Both the position numbers and the translations under genes were made by a program. From NCBI GenBank assembly GCA_903828055.1, contig CAIKKP010000060.1:1-64000 (forward strand): 64,000 bases of DNA, in the 5' to 3' direction. This document shows, piece after piece, positions 61,613-64,000 of this stretch. Positions within the stretch are counted from its first letter, which is position 1, and each line of letters begins with the position of its first letter. This DNA is from an uncultured bacterium (GTDB taxonomy: Bacteria; Patescibacteriota; Andersenbacteria; UBA10190; CAIZMI01). The notes beneath the pieces were generated by a model, which saw only the letters and a list, made by a program, of their open reading frames with translations, was not told where the DNA came from and made no database searches.

Positions 61613-62158
61613 TCAGACTTTCTTAACTTGAAGAAAATCAAGCTCGATTGGCGTTTCACGACCGAACATGTTAACCAATACCTTGATCTTGCCTTTTTGC
61701 TCATTAACCTCGGAAATTTTTCCATCAAATTCCTTAAACGGCCCGTCGATAATTTTAACCGCTTCGCCAATCTTGATGTCCATCGTATATTTCGGCTCAT
61801 CCTGACCCATGCGTTCCATGAGATGCTTCATTTCATCTTCGGAAACAGGGGTTGGCGTAGTACCAGAGCCGACGAAACCGGTCACGTTTGGAGTATTTCG
61901 CACAACATACCAAGAGTCATCCGTCACAATCATTTCCACCATTACGTAACCAGGAAAAAGACGCTCTTCAACAGTGCGACGCTTTCCGTTCTTGATCTTG
62001 ATTTTCTTCTCGCGTGGTACAAGCACGTTAAAAATCTTATCTTCCATTCCCATGGATTCAATACGCTGTTTTAGGTTGCGCGCAACATTATCCTCATAAC
62101 CGGAATAAGTGTGAAGAACGAACCAAGATTTTTCTCCGCTAGATATCTGTTTAGGCAT
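61613..62158 (-). CDS. nusG: transcription termination/antitermination factor NusG
   Basis: NGN domain (WFVLHTYSGYE) plus a KOW motif. Confidence 0.92.
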   Translation of the reverse strand: MPKQISSGEKSWFVLHTYSGYEDNVARNLKQRIESMGMEDKIFNVLVPREKKIKIKNGKRRTVEERLFPGYVMVEMIVTDDSWYVVRNTPNVTGFVGSGTTPTPVSEDEMKHLMERMGQDEPKYTMDIKIGEAVKIIDGPFKEFDGKISEVNEQKGKIKVLVNMFGRETPIELDFLQVKKV

Positions 62159-62164
62159 CTTTTA

Positions 62165-62380
62165 TTATTTAAGGACGAATTTTTGAATAATATAGGTCAA
62201 ACCGGCATCAACTGCACCGGTAGCAATAGCCACGGCGAGCGATACGGCTAAAATCAAAATCGTATAACGAACCGTCTCCGCCCTGGTGGGCCATTGGACG
62301 TTCTTTAATTCCGTTCGTGAATCACGAATATAGGACACCACTCCTTGGGGGAGTTTAGTGATATTTGATAGATAATTCAT
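62165..62380 (-). CDS. secE: preprotein translocase subunit SecE
   Basis: 71 aa with a single TM segment, immediately upstream of nusG. Confidence 0.8.
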   Translation of the reverse strand: MNYLSNITKLPQGVVSYIRDSRTELKNVQWPTRAETVRYTILILAVSLAVAIATGAVDAGLTYIIQKFVLK

Positions 62381-62527
62381 AGTGTGCTCGGCCCGCCGGG
62401 GTAATAATTAGCATTGCGCGTCGACAGGTCCTCACAAGGATAATAACAGACATGGTATAAAGCGTCAAACAACGAAAGAATAACTGCTCACCCGCCAAAA
62501 ATGACCCTCATGTCCAAAACGTATTAT

Positions 62528-63955
62528 TTATTTCCCAACTACCAATTTTTCAGCATCACTGATCGAAATCGAGTCAACCGGAGCTTCAATCACAACCGGC
62601 TTATTTACGTCAAAAAGATCAAAAGACACCTGCGCTCGATACTGCTTTTCTTTTAATTTTTCAATATTATCCGGTGGAACAAATACTGAATTTGAGATAA
62701 ATTTGTATGGCCAAAAATTCTTCGCATCAATCCAAATTTCCATTTGCGAGTTTTGTTGTGAAAGCTTGTTAACAGTAGCCGCTTTTGGGCCACGCATATA
62801 AGCAATAAAGTCATCGCTGATGATATCGTAATTAATACCAAATTGGTTCTTGATTTCTTCGTTTAACCGCTCATATATTACAGCCGTTTTATCACTATCA
62901 ATACTTACTGAATAACGATAGAAAGTTCCATCTTTATTTTTTTCTTTTGGCAACTCCTTTATAACATTTAACACCTTTTCTTCTTTAAGAATTTGCAAAT
63001 ACTTTTTTGCAATTAACAAATATTTTGTTTGATTTTCTTGTCGCAGTTTCTGCTCCGCATTAACAAACCCAACCTTATTCAAATCAGCCATTTCCAGTTT
63101 TATCCATTTATTCTTAATCCCCGCCAAATCAAAAAAACCAAGGGAAGGTGCTTCCTTCACTTTTCCATATGTCATACCACCCTTCTTTATTACACCAAAT
63201 CCGGCAGAAAAACTCATCCCACTTAATTTTAAACTTCCATCAATATCAACTAACGCATCGCCATTTGAATTCTCCAACTGCGCCAAGCCTGCAAAACGAA
63301 GGCTGGCATCAATTTCTGATGGTAAATTTTGAAGAACAATTGTCGGATCATAAGCCGGTTTTACCCCGTCAACAACAGAAACAATACTTTGTTTTTTTAT
63401 TTTTGGCGTATCGGCATGCACAACCGCCAACTTGTCTTCGTTTGTTTGCAAAGTAGCGGACGGAATTACTAAGACAGCAGTACGATAACTGTTAATTCCC
63501 TGATTGGTTTCCATCTGCACATGCAACGTAAAATCGGTACCACCTTTCTCTTGTCTATAACCATACTGATTTTTTGTAGCTGGATCCAGTAATAATTCCG
63601 GGTTATTTATTCTTATATCATTCAGAAACTGCGGATATTTACCATTCTCTTTTTTATATAAATCTAATGCATTCTCTATACCGCTGATGGCGTTAAAACG
63701 TGCTTCATCTCTTGCCACCGCCCCGGTTGCAACAACATTATTTCCAACACCACCCAACATCGACGATAAATCATATCCTTTTACTCCCGATTGCCTCGTT
63801 TCAGATTTAAAATTAATGTCTATCCCATATCGACCAGAACGAATACTTGGAATCGTATCAAACATTTTTTCTATAACCTGTTGCTGTGTTAAACCCCAAA
63901 AAGGCCACGGCAAAAATCCACCATAAAAGGCCACGGCAAAACCAGCGAATGTCAA
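62528..63955 (-). CDS. large secreted/membrane-anchored hypothetical protein
   Basis: N-terminal TM segment. No similarity recognised. Confidence 0.4.
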   Translation of the reverse strand: MTFAGFAVAFYGGFLPWPFWGLTQQQVIEKMFDTIPSIRSGRYGIDINFKSETRQSGVKGYDLSSMLGGVGNNVVATGAVARDEARFNAISGIENALDLYKKENGKYPQFLNDIRINNPELLLDPATKNQYGYRQEKGGTDFTLHVQMETNQGINSYRTAVLVIPSATLQTNEDKLAVVHADTPKIKKQSIVSVVDGVKPAYDPTIVLQNLPSEIDASLRFAGLAQLENSNGDALVDIDGSLKLSGMSFSAGFGVIKKGGMTYGKVKEAPSLGFFDLAGIKNKWIKLEMADLNKVGFVNAEQKLRQENQTKYLLIAKKYLQILKEEKVLNVIKELPKEKNKDGTFYRYSVSIDSDKTAVIYERLNEEIKNQFGINYDIISDDFIAYMRGPKAATVNKLSQQNSQMEIWIDAKNFWPYKFISNSVFVPPDNIEKLKEKQYRAQVSFDLFDVNKPVVIEAPVDSISISDAEKLVVGK

Positions 63956-64000
63956 TAAAAGAATAGGCGTAAAAATAAAAAACCAATTAAATGGTTTTTT

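Noticed and set aside
1-64000. CRISPR array, prophage, integrase/transposase, restriction-modification or toxin-antitoxin loci
   Set aside because: No regularly spaced repeat array is present. No recombinase, transposase, nuclease or Cas-like ORF was found. The many repeats here are irregularly spaced structured elements, not CRISPR.

Overview
This is a bacterial chromosomal window with about 45% GC and dense coding, mostly core housekeeping genes. Their order is scrambled: secE-nusG-rplK-rplA sits at 62.4-60.4 kb while rplJ-rplL sits at 19.7-18.7 kb, roughly 41 kb apart, and rpmG plus tRNA-Trp are displaced to 31-32 kb. Recognisable genes include typA/bipA, the dcw-cluster start mraZ-rsmH-ftsL-ftsI, rplL, rplJ, mltG, a mannose-1-P guanylyltransferase, uppS, rpmG, tsf, rpsB, rpmE, prfA, prmC, rplY, a SEDS (rodA/ftsW-like) gene, dnaE, thrS, miaA, gatB, tmk, and six tRNAs (Glu, Val, Trp, Thr, Tyr, Thr). 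Gene content (a CofE-like ligase, many membrane proteins of unknown function, small ribosomal-protein clusters) suggests a small-genome, possibly Patescibacteria-like lineage, but that is inference only. Two things stand out. First, a 942-aa homolog of eukaryotic Major Vault Protein at 23665-26490 has its own SD and rho-independent terminator and a GC-rich SPFH-like neighbour. Second, the window carries an unusual load of short structured repeats. These are a hairpin element with covarying stems directly behind four tRNAs, 5' tRNA fragments with a 53-nt double-hairpin insert in the T-loop upstream of tRNA-Glu and tRNA-Val, a multi-hairpin ~120-nt element in four copies (one in frame inside miaA), two MITE-like elements with about 25-bp TIRs, several families of long perfect palindromes (some positioned like operators), and precisely delimited duplicated promoter blocks. 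I found no CRISPR array, rRNA, or recognisable phage, integrase or transposase gene.
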